Under the pieces are notes generated by a model. The model searched no databases. It saw nothing but the letters and a program-made list of their open reading frames with translations, and had not been told where the DNA came from. A stretch of DNA of 64,000 bases from Ophelia neglecta (taxonomy: Eukaryota): contig OZ260663.1 in assembly GCA_965285935.1 (NCBI GenBank), forward strand, positions 29,264,001-29,328,000, written 5' to 3'. This document shows positions 13,191 to 27,882 of the stretch, in pieces. Position 1 is the first letter of the stretch; every line of letters begins with the position of its first letter. Position numbers and translations under genes: made by a program.

Positions 13191-16100
13191 CTTGGAACCA
13201 TCAAATGTCATGTATGTTACTTACAATGCGTAAGTCGATATTGTTTTTTTATCGACACTCATACTTTATGGGATGGGGGTTGGGGGTCTCACGATACACA
13301 AGCTATAATCGATTGTTGCGCGCAAAAAAGAGGGATAAATAAGAGCAAATGTCAGCGGAACGACGCCTCCCAGGAATAGGCAGGAATGTCCATTTTATCA
13401 TTACATATTGCCTGAATATAATAAGTTTATAAACTTTTTGGGCACTTCTTATCATATTGTGCTTCTCACAGTAATTCATTGAGAATATAGAGTCCCTGTG
13501 AATTTTCCCCTCAAAATTTCCCCTTCGACAAGTCCACAAAATTGCTTGCTTTTAGAGTATTTAGCAGCGTTAGATAGAACAGGATTTTAGGGCCCAAGAA
13601 CCATCCCGAAAAATGTTCAAGTTTGCCGCTTGTATGACTGGATTAGGTAAGTCCATGGATACACCAGTCGAAAGCGTGAGCGTCCCCCAATCTCCCACTC
13701 CACTTAATTGAAAAGACGAAATCTGAATTTGAATTGTGCCTGCAAGAGTAAAACTTTGTATGGAAAATGGTGAAAAGGGGATTTTATAGTACTAAAATGT
13801 TCCCCGTGGCTAGAAAATTGGAAACATGCATTTCCGGTATATATGTGATTTGTTTAAACGAAGTAACAATTAGCAAACGAATCTGTCCTCTGTTCGGCAA
13901 CTGGCCAATGTTTTGTTAATTATCGAATGAAACAGTAATATTCGAATGTGTTAGGTCGTTCAGGCGTTCATAAAACGATAGCAGATGATGTCTTCGCATT
14001 TTTGAGAAGACGAAACATTATTAATCGAATAAGCAACAAGCTAACTCATCGGCAATTGACCTATATTTACATAATTACCAAATTGAAAAGGCAAAGTTTG
14101 AATGATGACAGTCGTTTGGGATCCAAAGGTACTTTACGATGCCCACGCACCAATAAAATATATGAATTAATATTTTGGCCGCCCGAGACTAAGTTAAAAA
14201 TTGATACGGTAACGATAAGCATGTAAACTGGTCCTACAATCTCCCCGTGACCCATGACGTAGAGCAGAAGCATATCGGAGATATGTGAATTTTAAATCGC
14301 CTTTTAAATTGGACGCCAAATCAACAGATTTAAGTTTCGATTCAATCGACAATTGGATGCTAGTTACATTTTGCTAAAAAAAAACAAGAGCACTTGCCTT
14401 GAATAGCTTCAGTTTCGGATGTTTGCCCAATATTCAGCATAGGGTGCTGAAAACAACTGCAACAATGGTAACAGGGGCCACATATTAATCACCAGTCCTC
14501 GAAGGTTTACATAGGCGCCCTGTAAACTAAAGGACTATATGTTTGTTATGTCCCTGCCCTCTTACAAGACACCGGATGTGGCTCTTAATGAACCGATGGC
14601 TCCATGTACGTTCCAACTCGTAGTCTCTGGCATTTCAGAGAACATCAAATGTTTTGTTTTTTCCCCTTTGCAGAACATCTTTACATGAAGACGGCAGATT
14701 TATCTAGGCTGTACCCACCGACTAATGGAACACTCTGTCAGACTCTTGATTCCTCTGTGGAATTGTTCAAGCCCGTACTCGAAACGATTTTTATTTCATA
14801 TTGTTCTTACAAGTACTGACATGGCTTTGTGAAACTTTCTATGGTGATAATGAAATATCGCGGTATTCGTTAAAATTTATTTTTTAACAACAAGCTCCTA
14901 TAAAAGGTATATACTGAATGCGTTTAAAAGGAAGTATAATCATACAAAATATTCATATCAAACGACTTTTATCTGCGTTCTAATATAAACGCCTTATTAA
15001 TGTAACTAGAAAAAAATCTGAACCTTTAAACAAACCATAAATTGCATTCTCTGTTCAAGACGTTGACATTAGGTAATAGAAACTCGTTCTTTTGTCTATC
15101 AGAAACGTATCATACGGAGTAATTGTTATTTGCCCGTCCCCCCCCCCCCCCAAAAAAAAAAACGACCAAATCCATACTCTCCAACTCATCACATCTACCA
15201 GGTAAAACATCTCATAAAATATGGTCTAAGAGTACTTCCGAAGGAACATACTGTAGGGCCCCCTCTACTAGCCCAAACGAACTTACATTTAAATATCCCG
15301 AGCGACGGTAAAACTGAATACGTCATAATTGTTGTTGAACCTTTGAACATCTATTGTAACATCCAATGCGTAAGTCTAAATTTATGAAGACAGACTCATA
15401 TTTCATGATTTTTAGCTTGTGAGGTTCACGTGTCAGTAAAATTTGCGGGGAAATGCATATAGGTTGGGTTATTGGGCGACTGTTCTTATTATAGTCAGTG
15501 ACTAAGGCTTGAAGTGACCTGATCATTACACATACATTATATATATATTTGTCCTTACAGAATTTCTTAAAACTTTAGTTTATGATCGTGAATTTGCAGT
15601 AATAATTAATGGCGCAATAATTAATTACAGTAATAACATTAATAGTAGTCAATATTTCACCCAGTTCGGCACATTTTAAATTCTTATCGATTTTCAAATA
15701 ACACAATATGCTAACTGCAAAAAAAATCGGATAAATTTACTGCCTCCATTATCAGTGCTCGCGGGAAATAGTGGGGAAAGGATATAGTTGTACACTTAAA
15801 AAAAACAGAAATTATAACTACGAATAGAAGTTATCTATCATCTAAAAAGTGACCTGAGTATTCCTGTAACATGGTAAAAGATAATCAAAATGTCCCGGAT
15901 TTACATAACTGTGTGCCACAGCGCCAGTGAAGTTGGGAAATTCTTGTAAATTCCAGTGTTAAAGATGTTATTTCCACATCCATCTAAAATTAAAACGTCT
16001 TCGAAAACTTATCGTTTTACTTAACTTCCCTAATGCATTAAATTGCAGTTGAAAATGCAGCAGAATTTTGAGAAACAGAAATCAGTGAAGTCTGATTTAC

Positions 16101-17064
16101 TAGAATCATAACTGGTGTTCATACTAGGCTAAAATATCCAGCTAAAAAATAGATCCCTACTCTCCTAGGGTATTGTTTATGTCTGTCCTACGTTGATCTT
16201 GGAATAGTTCGAAAAACTGTTAAAACTGTTAAAAGTTCCATTTTGTACGGTTGCGTTTGTGTCAAAATCACTTGAAATGCAGGCTGTTGAATGTCTCTAA
16301 TGAATTTTGTTTTCAATGAACCTTAAGGGCAACACAACAGTGCTTATTTATACTACAAATGTCTTGGCTTTGTAATTGAATTGCCTGGAAGAGATCACCG
16401 ACTTGTCTTAGGAACGACTTGGTGACGTTATCGAGGCGGCCGCAGTGGAAAAGGTCCTCGTTAAGCGTGGCTAACGACGAACGCTACTAACAACAGGATT
16501 ATATTTTAAATTCAATGCAGTGATTTTCGCTTTTTAAATTAGACAGCCAAGTTATTCATAGACTTTATTTAATGTTGTTATATGATCCTAAAGGTTCTGA
16601 GCTTCTGTCGATATAAATAGATATATACTGTCGATATATACATATATAGTTTTATATATTCACTTCTATATCCTAATCAAATTCTTCATTCTAAAGATGA
16701 AAGCCGCGCGAAATGCTCTAAGGTAAAAACTTGAAGGCAGACCTCTCTGTCTCTGGGCAAGCGCGTTAACTATTCGCCGACAACTCTGCCTTCATTTACC
16801 GACACATCAGTCGATGGTGCTCGGTGAGCTTCACTATTGCCTGTTCCTACTGTTGATGATACAAGGCTCAGGCACGTATCAAGAAACAGTTTTTCCTAAT
16901 AGTAATGTCCGCATGACCATTATTCCCACGATTTTTTGAAAACCTTCATTATCTCGAATTATAATTTGATACTTTCTCAATTTACGGATATAAAGAAATC
17001 ATCACTTTGGTCCTGGTTTTTCTTCTTTGGACATCCAGATCTATCAGTACATATACGCCTATAT

Positions 17065-17365
17065 TCAACTCGAATCTTCCAGATGTGCATAATAAGATTT
17101 AGTATTTTGCACAGTAAATGTGAACGAATCTTCTAAAGTATGGATTGGTTCTCCTGGTCCGTCGGGTTGACAGTGCTTTGCCAAATGCTGAAGGTTCATT
17201 GTGAACCATTGGCAAATAGCCATTATTGCTGAAGAGCCCCACGGGGCGGATAACATTTGCGATTTTGTACCAATTACATCGGAAGCAACTACCGCCAGGG
17301 CAGTTGTGTGTGTGGTAGGCCAATGTAACTATATCAGCCTGCAGAATATTGACTTGGGTGCACAA
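17065..17365 (-). pseudogene. Decayed cadherin repeat junction (end of one EC, start of the next)
   Basis: IANVIRPVGLFSNNGYLPMVHNEPSAFGKAL resembles DVNxxPxFSxxxYxxxVxExxxxG. After a frameshift, TVNPTDQENQSIL*KI (17174 downward) resembles VxAxDxExxxIxYxI. About 70% DNA identity with 24040-24105. Confidence 0.6.
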
Positions 17366-20300
17366 TCCTTAAGTGGAGGAGGTTTTTTGTCAGGGAAGAA
17401 TGACTAAAATCCTGAGAACCTGGCTAAATAGATGGACACATCCCGGTGCAAGTTGGATAGTCAAGAAATGGTCGACAGGCCTGCTTCATCAAAGCATCGC
17501 GTATGATTCTATAAAATAGAAAAGAAATCTTCCAGGAATTAAACTACAAAACACACAAGTATAGACGCGCTCGTTATTATATTACGCAATTATTAAGGCG
17601 TTTGTTTTAACTTCATTCCAAAGCAAACAATAGATGTACTCACCCTGCATACTGTTTGTATTCGCTTGATTGGAAATGATGGACGTTTATGTCGAGAGTC
17701 ATCGACCCTGACTATCAATATATTTGGAAAAAGTTGAAACTTGGAAGACAGTATCTTTCGTGCATATCCTACAAAATTGGTTTATACCGGCGGCAACCAT
17801 GCGTCCCTCTTTTCCCAAATTCACCGGGATTGCGATTTTAAGATTAATATTCCTTATATGGACCGTATATATGTCTGGAACTGGTGAGTTGTTCTCTTAT
17901 TTGATTGAATTACTATTGTTAAGTCTTTAACCAAAAAAAAATTCTCCATCAGTGTATTTAGCGAGGAACTAGATTTCTCGTTTAATAGCGACAGGATGAT
18001 CACATGTCAATTACCGGTTAACACATTGCTTAAGGGACTTAATATATGATGTAGATATACATTGTACAGTTGTTACAAGACAAGCAAAAAGTACTTTATC
18101 TACAGGAAACAAAGCTACTCTATTTGAATTGAAAGCAGTGTATACCTTTCTCCCTGAGTCCAAAGCGTCATATAAGTACACTAACTGCTCTACCTCCAGT
18201 AAATTTCAGCATGTGATAAGATCTTTGAAAGTTGCAGTCAGATCAGCTGAAGAAAGTCATTCGTGGTTCATGATCCGTTAAAGGAGCAGTTAGGCCACTT
18301 TAATACCATAGTCATAGAATAGAAGTACGCTGGTATAAGGACATATTAGCTAGCAACTGTCCACTAATCAACACAACAGAAAGTGCTTTTTTTGTCCCCG
18401 CCATAGAAGCGTTTATAACCAGATGCTATGACAGCCTAGCTTAATAGTTAGGCAGTGATCTGTGTCTAGGATAAGCTATTAATGTAAGGCTTACCAATAA
18501 CTGCCATTGAATTGGTCTTGAGTTTAAATGATTTGCGCAAACTGTTTATTTTGAACATATAACTAATAATTATAATATTATAATCAGTTACCCACTGTCA
18601 TTCGTCTTGACGATGTAGTGAGCTTGCTTTAAGCTATACCCTAATGTTATTATTGACCTTTGGGTGTTTAAACCTATCCATTTAAGATTTGTGTTCGGTC
18701 TTTCTCGCTCCATGTTAATTATTTGACAGCGGCCATATATCATCTGCTGAGTTTACTTATGTTCTGTTTAAAACACATGTTATGCGGTGTTCTATTCATA
18801 ACAGTAAAAATTGCTCACATCAAATAAGGTGTGGGTAAACACTCGCAATATATTCATTATTCAGGTGTATTGGTTCCTGTTTTGTCAATAGGCACGGTAA
18901 CAGATTGACCTCACATCCGCCAATTTATCGCATTCTTCTTTATGAACAACCCCGTTGTCTCCAGGGAAATAACTTTGCATGACAAATTGTGATTGACCTG
19001 TTTGATTTATGTGTGTAACACGCAATGCGATCGATTTGATTTCTAACTATCACATATATTGCAGGCATACTTTTGAGATTCATACATTGCTCACATGTTT
19101 GGCCGTCAGAGAAAAGCCAAACGACCATCAATAATTTAAGTAAAAGAAAAGTTTTATGACACACTATATTGCGTTTTTCGTACGAAAAAGCGAATGATGC
19201 TTGAAAATATCTGATTAAAAAAGTTGGTTACCGATGCGAAGCACGCGTGTACCTAAAAATGGCGTATGTACCTTTCCAGCATACTTCAACGGTATCAACT
19301 GTGAAATGGGAATTAGTGTCAAACAGTGTCTACTTATACACGTTCACTAACGTTACTTAAATCAGAGCGAATCATTCAAGTGGTAATAGATTGCAATTAC
19401 AATTATTTATCAAATTTTTGTAGTCTGTCTCGGGTGAAGTGTCCAAAATGTATAACATTCTATTCTATACCAACCATCTTGTGAAATAATGTGTTCGTTG
19501 GGTTTCAGAAAACAAGTCATAGCGAATGCAGCGTTCAGTGATTAAACAGTTCTACGTTCCACTAGAAAACAATCGAAAAACAATAATCAGGAATTATCCA
19601 TTATATAACAAGCTAAGACACGTCTTGAACACAATAACAAGATGAGTTAGTCTTTGTCTGCTTTCATAGTATCGATATAATCAGTGTCTATGAATATATA
19701 TGAGTGACGTCACATATTTTACTGGGCTGGTAATGTTGTGAATCATAATAAAACATTTCTCTCGTCTTTTCTTATCTTTTAAAGAAATCAACTTTCTTAA
19801 TAATGTAATCTTGGTTTATCTCTACTAATATATACCAAACACCAAATACCATTTACAAATCGCACAAAAAATAATCAGTAACCAATAATTCATATCATAA
19901 ACCACTTTTATATGACTGCACTGCAAAATTACGATTATCACCCCAAAACAAAAAAAGTATCTGCCCTGTGCAGACAAAAAGTAGAACTCTTGATTTTGAC
20001 TATTGGACCAAAAATGCAGAATTAAGAAAATCTCGTATCCTGATAATAGCAGGATATCTGCATCAATCATGAATGTCTGGCTTGCTGACTTGTCTGGTTT
20101 TGCCTATGACTGAATTGCACATTGATATAAACTAGACAAATTTATACAACCGAGTTATGTGAAAGCGTTGATACAGAGATAATCGTACATACAACCAAAC
20201 GATGTGGAAACACGCCTCCTACTGTAAACGTATATAGGTTATATATTATGAGGCATCGCACATATAACTGGATTACGCATATTTCATTGTTTCAACCTTA

Positions 20301-21213
20301 TTCAAAAGTTATGCGTTTTGTTCTAACAGGGCCTTGGTCATCACAGGATTCATATTGGGCATTTTATAACGCCAATGGTTTATGCGTGCCGGTCGCGATA
20401 CTCTGCACGAAAATGGTGATGAAGTGTATGACTCATAGAAATGTAGAAAACATAGTAGTTTTGTATGCATGATATATGCTATATGACATTAAACTACCAA
20501 ATGTTCAAAAACAATTGCAGATGTCTGGGTTTCTTTGTTGCAAGAAAACAGTGACTATGAACGTAACCAATATAATGCCCTCCTAAATCACCTTGATATT
20601 CCTGATCTTGAGCGCAGATGTTTTATTCAAAAACATCCAACGTCAGCTAACTTACAGTACAGGTAATCCATTGTAATGCTATCCAATTTTTTGAAATGTA
20701 CAATAAGAGAATTTAAGCTAGACTGATTGGACGAACATAATTCTTTTAATGCAGCTGGACTTATGCAGCGAAACCCTTTAGATTGACCAGCTAAACTATC
20801 GATGAAATGATTTATAGACATGTCAAAATATTTGATTGAGCACTTTCACAATATGTCTCTTGACAGGCAGACATTTCCCGAGTAGTTAAACATAATTATT
20901 TTGATCACTACGAATGCTGACATCGTGAATCCGTAACCGTCTTCCTTTTATCGTTCATTTTTGCACATGTAAAACGCCACATTATCTATAGGCATTTATA
21001 GCACCTATTGTAGGGTTGATAAATATTCTACGGATAATAATACAATGTTTATACGACATGCTACTGTGGTTGACCCATTCAAGGCTAACAGTTCATAAAA
21101 TGATGAATTCAATATTGGTATTGGTATTGTTCTTAGGCAAACCGATCATTACATATCATTAATACCAAATGCTTTCGTTAATAATATTTTTTCACTTATA
21201 CCAAATGCTTTCA

Positions 21214-21543
21214 ACCACCAAAGCGTGGCGGAGTGGTTAGGGCGTCCGCCTCGCAAGTGGGTGATCGGGGTTCGAAGCTCGATCGCGTCAAACCTAAGAC
21301 GTAAAAATAGGTACTGACAGCTCCACTCCCAGGCGCCCGGTATTTTGGGGGTAGTATCAGGACTGGTCAACCTGGTGTCAGTATAATGTGACTGGGTGGG
21401 GTTCCCTGTCTGGTGTCTTTGGCAGGTACTCCAGTGAGGCAGCACTCTAAAGAGGGCATTGAGCCCGCTGTCACAAGTAGGCACTGTGGCGATATAACCG
21501 ATAACTGTTGAAAGCCACGTAAAAACCCCAAACAACAACAACA
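21214..21543 (+). mobile_element. Full-length tRNA-derived SINE (MetaSINE-like core) with (CAA)n tail
   Basis: A box TGGCGGAGTGG (21226-21236) and B box GGTTCGAAGCTC (21269-21280). Central GACTGGTCAACCTGGTGTCAGTATAATGTGACTGGGTGG...GCAGCACT resembles the Meta domain as I recall it. LINE-like tail TGTTGAAAGCCACGTAAAA plus CAA repeats. Perfect 14-bp TSD ACCAAATGCTTTCA at 21200-21213 and 21544-21557. Confidence 0.9.
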
Positions 21544-22101
21544 ACCAAATGCTTTCATATTCTATTCAAATTGGAGATTGTCCGCAGGTGCGAATGATTT
21601 AAAGTTTTCAAGGAATTTATATCTTGACGATTTCTTTAAATTTGGTTGTAATTTATTTTTCTCTTCAAAATAAGAAGAACGAAAAATTATCGAAAGGTAA
21701 CTGTGTTTCTGTTGTTTACAAGCAAAGCTATGCTAGCTGATATAGAACCGGGGGATGTTGATCAATGAGTCTGCGTCCTGAAGTTCCTTATATAAATTGG
21801 ACAGATTTAAAGAACATAGACTGATTAAAGATTTGGAACGGAGGCCGAGTATCAACGTTTTTTTTCAAATAGAAATATTCGCATGTTGCAGTAAAAGAAA
21901 AAAAGCACCCGAATGAAAACCAGAATTCCCGTCGGCAAAAAAAATAAATTGCCTTTTAATATGGGACGAGAATTATATATAACTGTATAAAGAACTTAGT
22001 TAAAAAGGGTTTTGTCAGCTCGCTTGTGCGTGCTCGAGTGACACTAATATGTAGGTGTGAGAAACAACAATCAAACTGCTGTGATTTGTTTCCTCGTTTA
22101 T

Positions 22102-22237
22102 NNNNNNNNNNNNNNNNNNNNNNNNNNNNNNNNNNNNNNNNNNNNNNNNNNNNNNNNNNNNNNNNNNNNNNNNNNNNNNNNNNNNNNNNNNNNNNNNNNN
22201 NNNNNNNNNNNNNNNNNNNNNNNNNNNNNNNNNNNNN
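22102..22237. other. Assembly gap (136 N)
   Basis: Run of N. Confidence 1.
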
Positions 22238-23999
22238 GACTATATACTAATTAATGTTCGTTTTCTTCTGACAGGAAAACTCTTTCATGGAGGTTTTAAT
22301 AATTTGTTTTATGTCTATTCTTTTTGCGGTCATATGCAGATAACAACCGAAAAGTGTGGTACTGGCAACAACATAGTTACTGTTTCGGTAGCGTATTGCT
22401 TAGTAAAATGCGTTACGATTGATTTTCTAGCATTTCCGTCATGGAGGCATGTTTGCATCAAAGGATGTTTAATAAACGAAAGCCATATTACCGCATTTTG
22501 CCACTTTTCCCATTGTTTGAGACGTTCATGGAAGATTTAAACATCAGTTCGATTAAATGATTTATACGTAAAGTTAGACCAAGTACACCTGCCTCTTACT
22601 TTATCATGCCATTTTATCACATTCATGGGTTTTATTTTTAGAAACATCCTTTAGTATATCTCTCATACGTTTTGACTGCGAGAATGTAATTTTGTCATCT
22701 CTTTTTTCGTAATATACATTGATATTTGAATTTCCAACTTGGACTGGACTACCAGGAAAGTGCTTACATGTTTTAACTGAATACCTGGTCTTTTCATTTT
22801 TGTTAAACAAAACATGTTACGAAACGAGCTTGTCACGTAGCAAGTCTAGGAATAAATGCTATTATTCGTGCCATTTATTAAACAAAATGAAACAGGAATA
22901 GACAATCGCAAACCCACCTATAAGACCACCCGATCCCAATCTTCCCCAAAAGGTTCTCTTTAAATTATTAAAGCTTTGCTATGGGTGACAACTGCCTCTT
23001 AACAAACGTACATGATTAATGTAACAGAAAACGACGTCATAAACAGCAAATTATGGAAATTGTTATTGCCTGGTATCTTAATGGAGGGTCGATAATGAAA
23101 GGTTATACATGTCAGTGCCTAGCCTGTTCTGAAACTTGAGGACCACCGACTGTAGGGTCCTTCCCTTATATTTCAGGGTCTAGTGATGGATTGGAATTTC
23201 ACGCGTGTACGAATTAATTTTGGGACGCTGGTGGATATTTCTTTTTGGTCTGGCAGCATGTGACCTGGTATGCCCCCCTCTCAGCAGAGCGGAGGAGGGG
23301 GGGGGGCAATTTTATATAAAAAAAAAGGTTATTGGGTCAACTGGATTATCAGTCAACTAAGACCAGCATGGGCTCTCCCGAGCTTATTTCATTCCTGTCA
23401 TACGATAAACACTGATGATGCTTTGACTAGTGTATAGCACAATTGATAACTGCTGATTACTTATTGCAATGTGATACATATTTTATGATTTTTGTTTCAT
23501 TTTAAGTACAGGTTTATTGGCCTTTTATTTGCTGTTTGGGAGCTAGGAAATGATGTATCTGGGCCTGTGGCTGCTGGTTCATTTTGATTTTGGACCGTGT
23601 GAAAATGGAATATTCACGGTTAACAACGTTGCTATGTCAACCGGGTTCCAAATACTTTTTTCCTTATTACTGCCGTAAATAATGACTATCATTACAGAGA
23701 AGTACTCTTCTTAAAGAGAAAAACTTAATATTTCAGACACGTGATTAAGTTTGAAAAACACGTTCTTCTTAAATTCACCCACCAGGTATATTTTGCTTCT
23801 CTTTAGCTTCCTCCAGATAAACAACTATTTGTTGCCTATTATTTCTTCCTTGTATTATTGGTAATCTAAACCCAAAGAAGAAATTTGATATTATCTCAAT
23901 TTGAAAATAGTAATAATCCAGCCTGCTTTAGGCATTTAAAAAAAAATGTTTTGATTTCTAAGCTTGGTCACGTTCATGCATTTTTTTTTTGTGTGCGTG

Positions 24000-24200
24000 T
24001 TACAATTTGACCTCTGCTACAAATCCGCCCCAATGCAAATCATGATTACTGAAGAATCCCTCAGGACAGATAACGTTTGTGACATTCACGCTCATTACAT
24101 CAGGTACAATTTACAACTGCACAGGGAGGGAACGGTAATAGTAGTCAATGAAAATCAATCCACCTCAAGGGATCTGACTTCATGTTAAAACATCGTAAAT
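24000..24200 (-). pseudogene. Decayed cadherin repeat fragment, paralogous to 17.2 kb and 28.05 kb
   Basis: VMSVNVTNVICPEGFFSN resembles VxVxVTDVNxxPxFxN. Ungapped alignment to 28050-28202 with 108/153 identities by hand count. Confidence 0.55.
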
Positions 24201-26549
24201 ACAATTGGTGAATTCAAACAACCCGAAATACCATGGAACACACTTTCAACGAGTGAGCTGGGTTTGCTCTGATAAGTGCAATTCATTTGTTATCAATAAG
24301 GACAATTTGGTTTACGGATGTAAATGGGAATCAAATATATGATACTTCTATAGCATTGGCACCATAGTTCCATAATTATTTTAGTTTAATAGCTCTGCTG
24401 AACAGATTAATATAAATATGTCTATTAGTGATTTGGCAGGTGAGTTAGACTAGTTCCGTTGATTTCAGGCATACATTCAGTACTACCTTGTGTAATAAGA
24501 GAGTCATTGAGATACTTTATCTATCCGTGGTCTTACAACCAGGAGATCTCATTTAAGTCATTTTAATGCCGTTATTATATAAATGGTTTGAATAATCGGG
24601 TTGCCGGCAGCAATCATTATCATTTTTTTGCAATTTCTTAGTTTAAGTCCATATATTTTGTACTACACGCAAGACGCGATAACTGTAGCTGTTTTTATAT
24701 TATATCATGTTATCCATATTTTCTGCAACAGATTGGCAGCAGCAACATTCTTACATCATACTGTCTTACGGTGCCTCCTGGTCGTCATAGCAAATTGCTT
24801 AAAAAACTATATATCATAATTTTGCCTGCTTTATTTTTTTTGAAAGGGTTAAATTCTATCTATTTTGGACGCGGGCTATGACCGTATCTGTATTACTGGT
24901 CCCCTTGAGAAGTGTATGCAGATAATACCATAAATAAACATCCATAAAGTCAGGCGAATGCATACGTATTCATAGTTTCCATGATACAACTATGCTGAAA
25001 TCGCGGTAATTTGGTGAAGTTAAAGCTTTAATTCAGTATAGTTAAATGGATTGCTGGCTCGTTTTTACTCCTTATGGGTATTATTACATTATTAATAAGG
25101 ATATTAATCAAAAAGCCCTTATTAGAAAATTCCACATAAAAACTTCAATTCTATATTACCAACATAATTCTATCAATGTGTATATTACTAAGATGGGGTT
25201 TAATTATTGTAACATTTGATCTGTTTGTATGCAAAGTGGAAAAGTAGGGTCGCGATGAACATTGGAGGGCGATTTATGAAAACAGAAAAAAAACCATAGA
25301 AAATAAAAGGCCATTTTTCAATATGGCTTCATGCAATCCCAGTGGAGATCAAGTGATCAAGCATATGAAGCTGCTCTTATCACCAACGATTGTCAACCAG
25401 CTTCAAAACAGCTATGCAAATACTGTGAATGTAGATTGTGCTTATCGTAGTTCGTGCTCGCTATTCTATCCAAATAATCTTTCTTTTATTCATAGAAGCA
25501 GTATATTTTTCCCAAAGTAAACATTAACGTAGCAATGATAGTTGACTTCCTTTCTGCTGACTTATAGAGATCAGTAATAAATCTCCAAATAAAATGGTAT
25601 AAACGCTTTTAAAAATAAGCTCGTCAAATGGAACAAGCCAAAATGGGTCCGCTGAATCCAAGCAATTGCTTCTTCAAGAATTTGTTGTGCAGAGTGGCTA
25701 CGTGGTGTACCGACTGTACGAACAAATGCATTAGTCACATTATCCCATTTGGTAACAACCATTAAGAGTACCATATAAATCAAGTTTAACCATACTTAAG
25801 CCAAAGTAAACAACAAATAAGGGTCTGCACCATGCCCGGCAAATGTTGGTTGATTGTATAGTTAACTTGTAGGGAACCCATTCCATGGATGCCAACTTTC
25901 AGATAGGTTTTTTTTTCCAGAAAGAGAGTAATACAATAAGAATTATCAGGGAGAATATTCAACCATGGACACATATCATCCCTGCCATACTTTAACGACA
26001 GGCACAGTTTTTCTTATGATCTGTCTCTCACGAAAAAGTGGTGACAATTTCATCAATTTTGTAATAATTATTTCCATCACAAGTTTATGGACAGTTAGCG
26101 AGCTGGTGACCGATGTTTTTATGCATGCAGCAGACGTTTTAATGGTGATTTCGGACCGATTTCAAAAATTATTCCCATTGATGAGTTTTGTTTTTCTGCC
26201 GGGTATCCACCTCAGTGTTTACCAATAATTATTTAAATGAAGTGTTCAATTCTTTCAGGGAACACTTCATAATAAAGCATGCATCCTGGAATGCGTTTGC
26301 AGAACTTAACCAGGGTTAAACAATACTCTCTCCAAACTTTGACTTACATCTGATTCCAGCTAAAACCACCCGTTGGCCCATCGAGACACTGTCAGCTATA
26401 GTCCATACAGTTTATGAGAGGGCTTACACTATCATAGTTTCTCTTGGGACTTTTTTCATCTCTGTCCTACTTTAATCAAAGACTCATCTGTTTTGAGATC
26501 TTGGATCTTTTGAGATTATATTTAAATGGTTGTACATTTTATGAGTCAT

Positions 26550-26930
26550 ATAGTTCCAGACATTACCATGAAGTTGGAGATACCTTGGCTCCGATACACA
26601 TAGGAGTGTAACAAGCTTAATATATGCTGTCTGCCAGATTTACAATTCGCCATAAATCCATGGTAACCTCCAGTGTTTGTCAAAGGGCATATTCTCTGAT
26701 TGGCTTGCCGATTTTCGTCGATTGAGTCATGAGAAAAGTTTGTCTATGTCCATTGGCTTGCGTTTTAAGACACAAAGCCGCCTGCCCAGATGTTTAATTA
26801 AAACCTCCTTGATAACCGGTTCTGGGACTACGCCGTTACCACCGACGACAACTCAGCAACGGATTCAATTAGGCAACTGACATAGTTCTTTAGGTACCCC
26901 GTTTTATCTGATGTCAGGCAATGCTGCAGA
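26550..26930 (-). pseudogene. Decayed repeat copy, paralogous to 35.7 kb and 39.6 kb (cadherin-derived by linkage)
   Basis: Shares CATTGG..GCGTTT.A.GACAC..GCCGCCTGCCCAGATG and ACAT.GTTCTTT anchors colinearly with 35870-36007. Confidence 0.5.
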
Positions 26931-27882
26931 TAGAATAGTGATTTGCTTTCTTTGCTTCATGCTCTTTTCAGTTGCCATTTTCTCTGCTATGAAGCAATTT
27001 TCACAGGAAACAAAGTGTGCGTCCAAGTACATATCAATATAATACAAAAAAGTTGCATGTTTCTTCATTTTCGTTCTGAATTGTCAGTTTTTGTTTCTTG
27101 TTTATTAACTTAAAAAAAGGGCAAGGTTCTGCTTTCATTTGATGGAAAAACAGCATCGTCTAAATATGTTTAATATAAGTGACATTCCCTTATTACATTA
27201 GGTTCGAGGAATGAAGAGTGATTGCCGGTGACAAGTCGCTTTATATAAAGGTTACGGTTTTTTAAAAATATTTTCTCAATTCTCCCATGGAAGCTCTTTC
27301 CCTGGTGCTTTCTTGCACGCTGGTTTCTCGTTATCCCGCGGAATTATTAATACATATACCATAAAACTATGAGATATGTCGAATAAATATATTGGGAATA
27401 AATGACATAACTTTGAATTAACTATTTGCCATAAACATTGTGGTGCAAGACATTGATCAGTGTTTCCGTTTAAAACATACTTCATCCTTTTACACTATTG
27501 AGAAATTATCAGAAATTGGAGGAATAGAATATTAATCGGATAAAAAGAGAAGTGTAGGTGAAAAGTGGAGCAGAAGTGAAATTAAAACACTGATCGAAGA
27601 GATAATACCTTGTCCTCTTCAGTTTACAGGGCCACTATACATTCTATTATGTTCTTTCTGTTCTGATATGTGTTTAGTGAGCGAAATCCCTTTATATTAA
27701 GACATATCCATTAATATTATCTTTATTATGAGATAAATTAGTCCATTATAGACCCCACCCCCTTATGGCATATTCGCTTCAGATCTCTGCATTTGACGCT
27801 GTAGCTCTGCGCTGAATGATTCGGCGCTGCTGCTCTGGCTCTGAACTGTGGGCGTGGTGTCACGTTGGTTAGGGAGGGGTTA

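Noticed and set aside
17229-17256. Hammerhead-ribozyme-like CTGAAGA-GCCC-CACG-GGGC
   Set aside because: The required GAAA after stem II is absent (GGAT), stems I and III do not form, and the segment aligns with the 24 and 28 kb repeat copies, which do not conserve the stem.
19990-20821. CR1-type endonuclease remnant on the minus strand
   Set aside because: Catalytic motifs (ETW, GDFN, SDH) are not recognisable. FIDSLAGQ and FMIDAD fit the cadherin IDxxxG motif as well, and the signal is too weak to call either way.
21214-21290. tRNA gene
   Set aside because: No proper acceptor stem or poly-T terminator; it is the head of a TSD-flanked SINE.
24040-24075. CPEGFFSN as a TNFR-type cysteine-rich motif
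   Set aside because: No CxxC pairing or cysteine spacing. The downstream context in the 17 and 28 kb copies fits a cadherin repeat junction instead.
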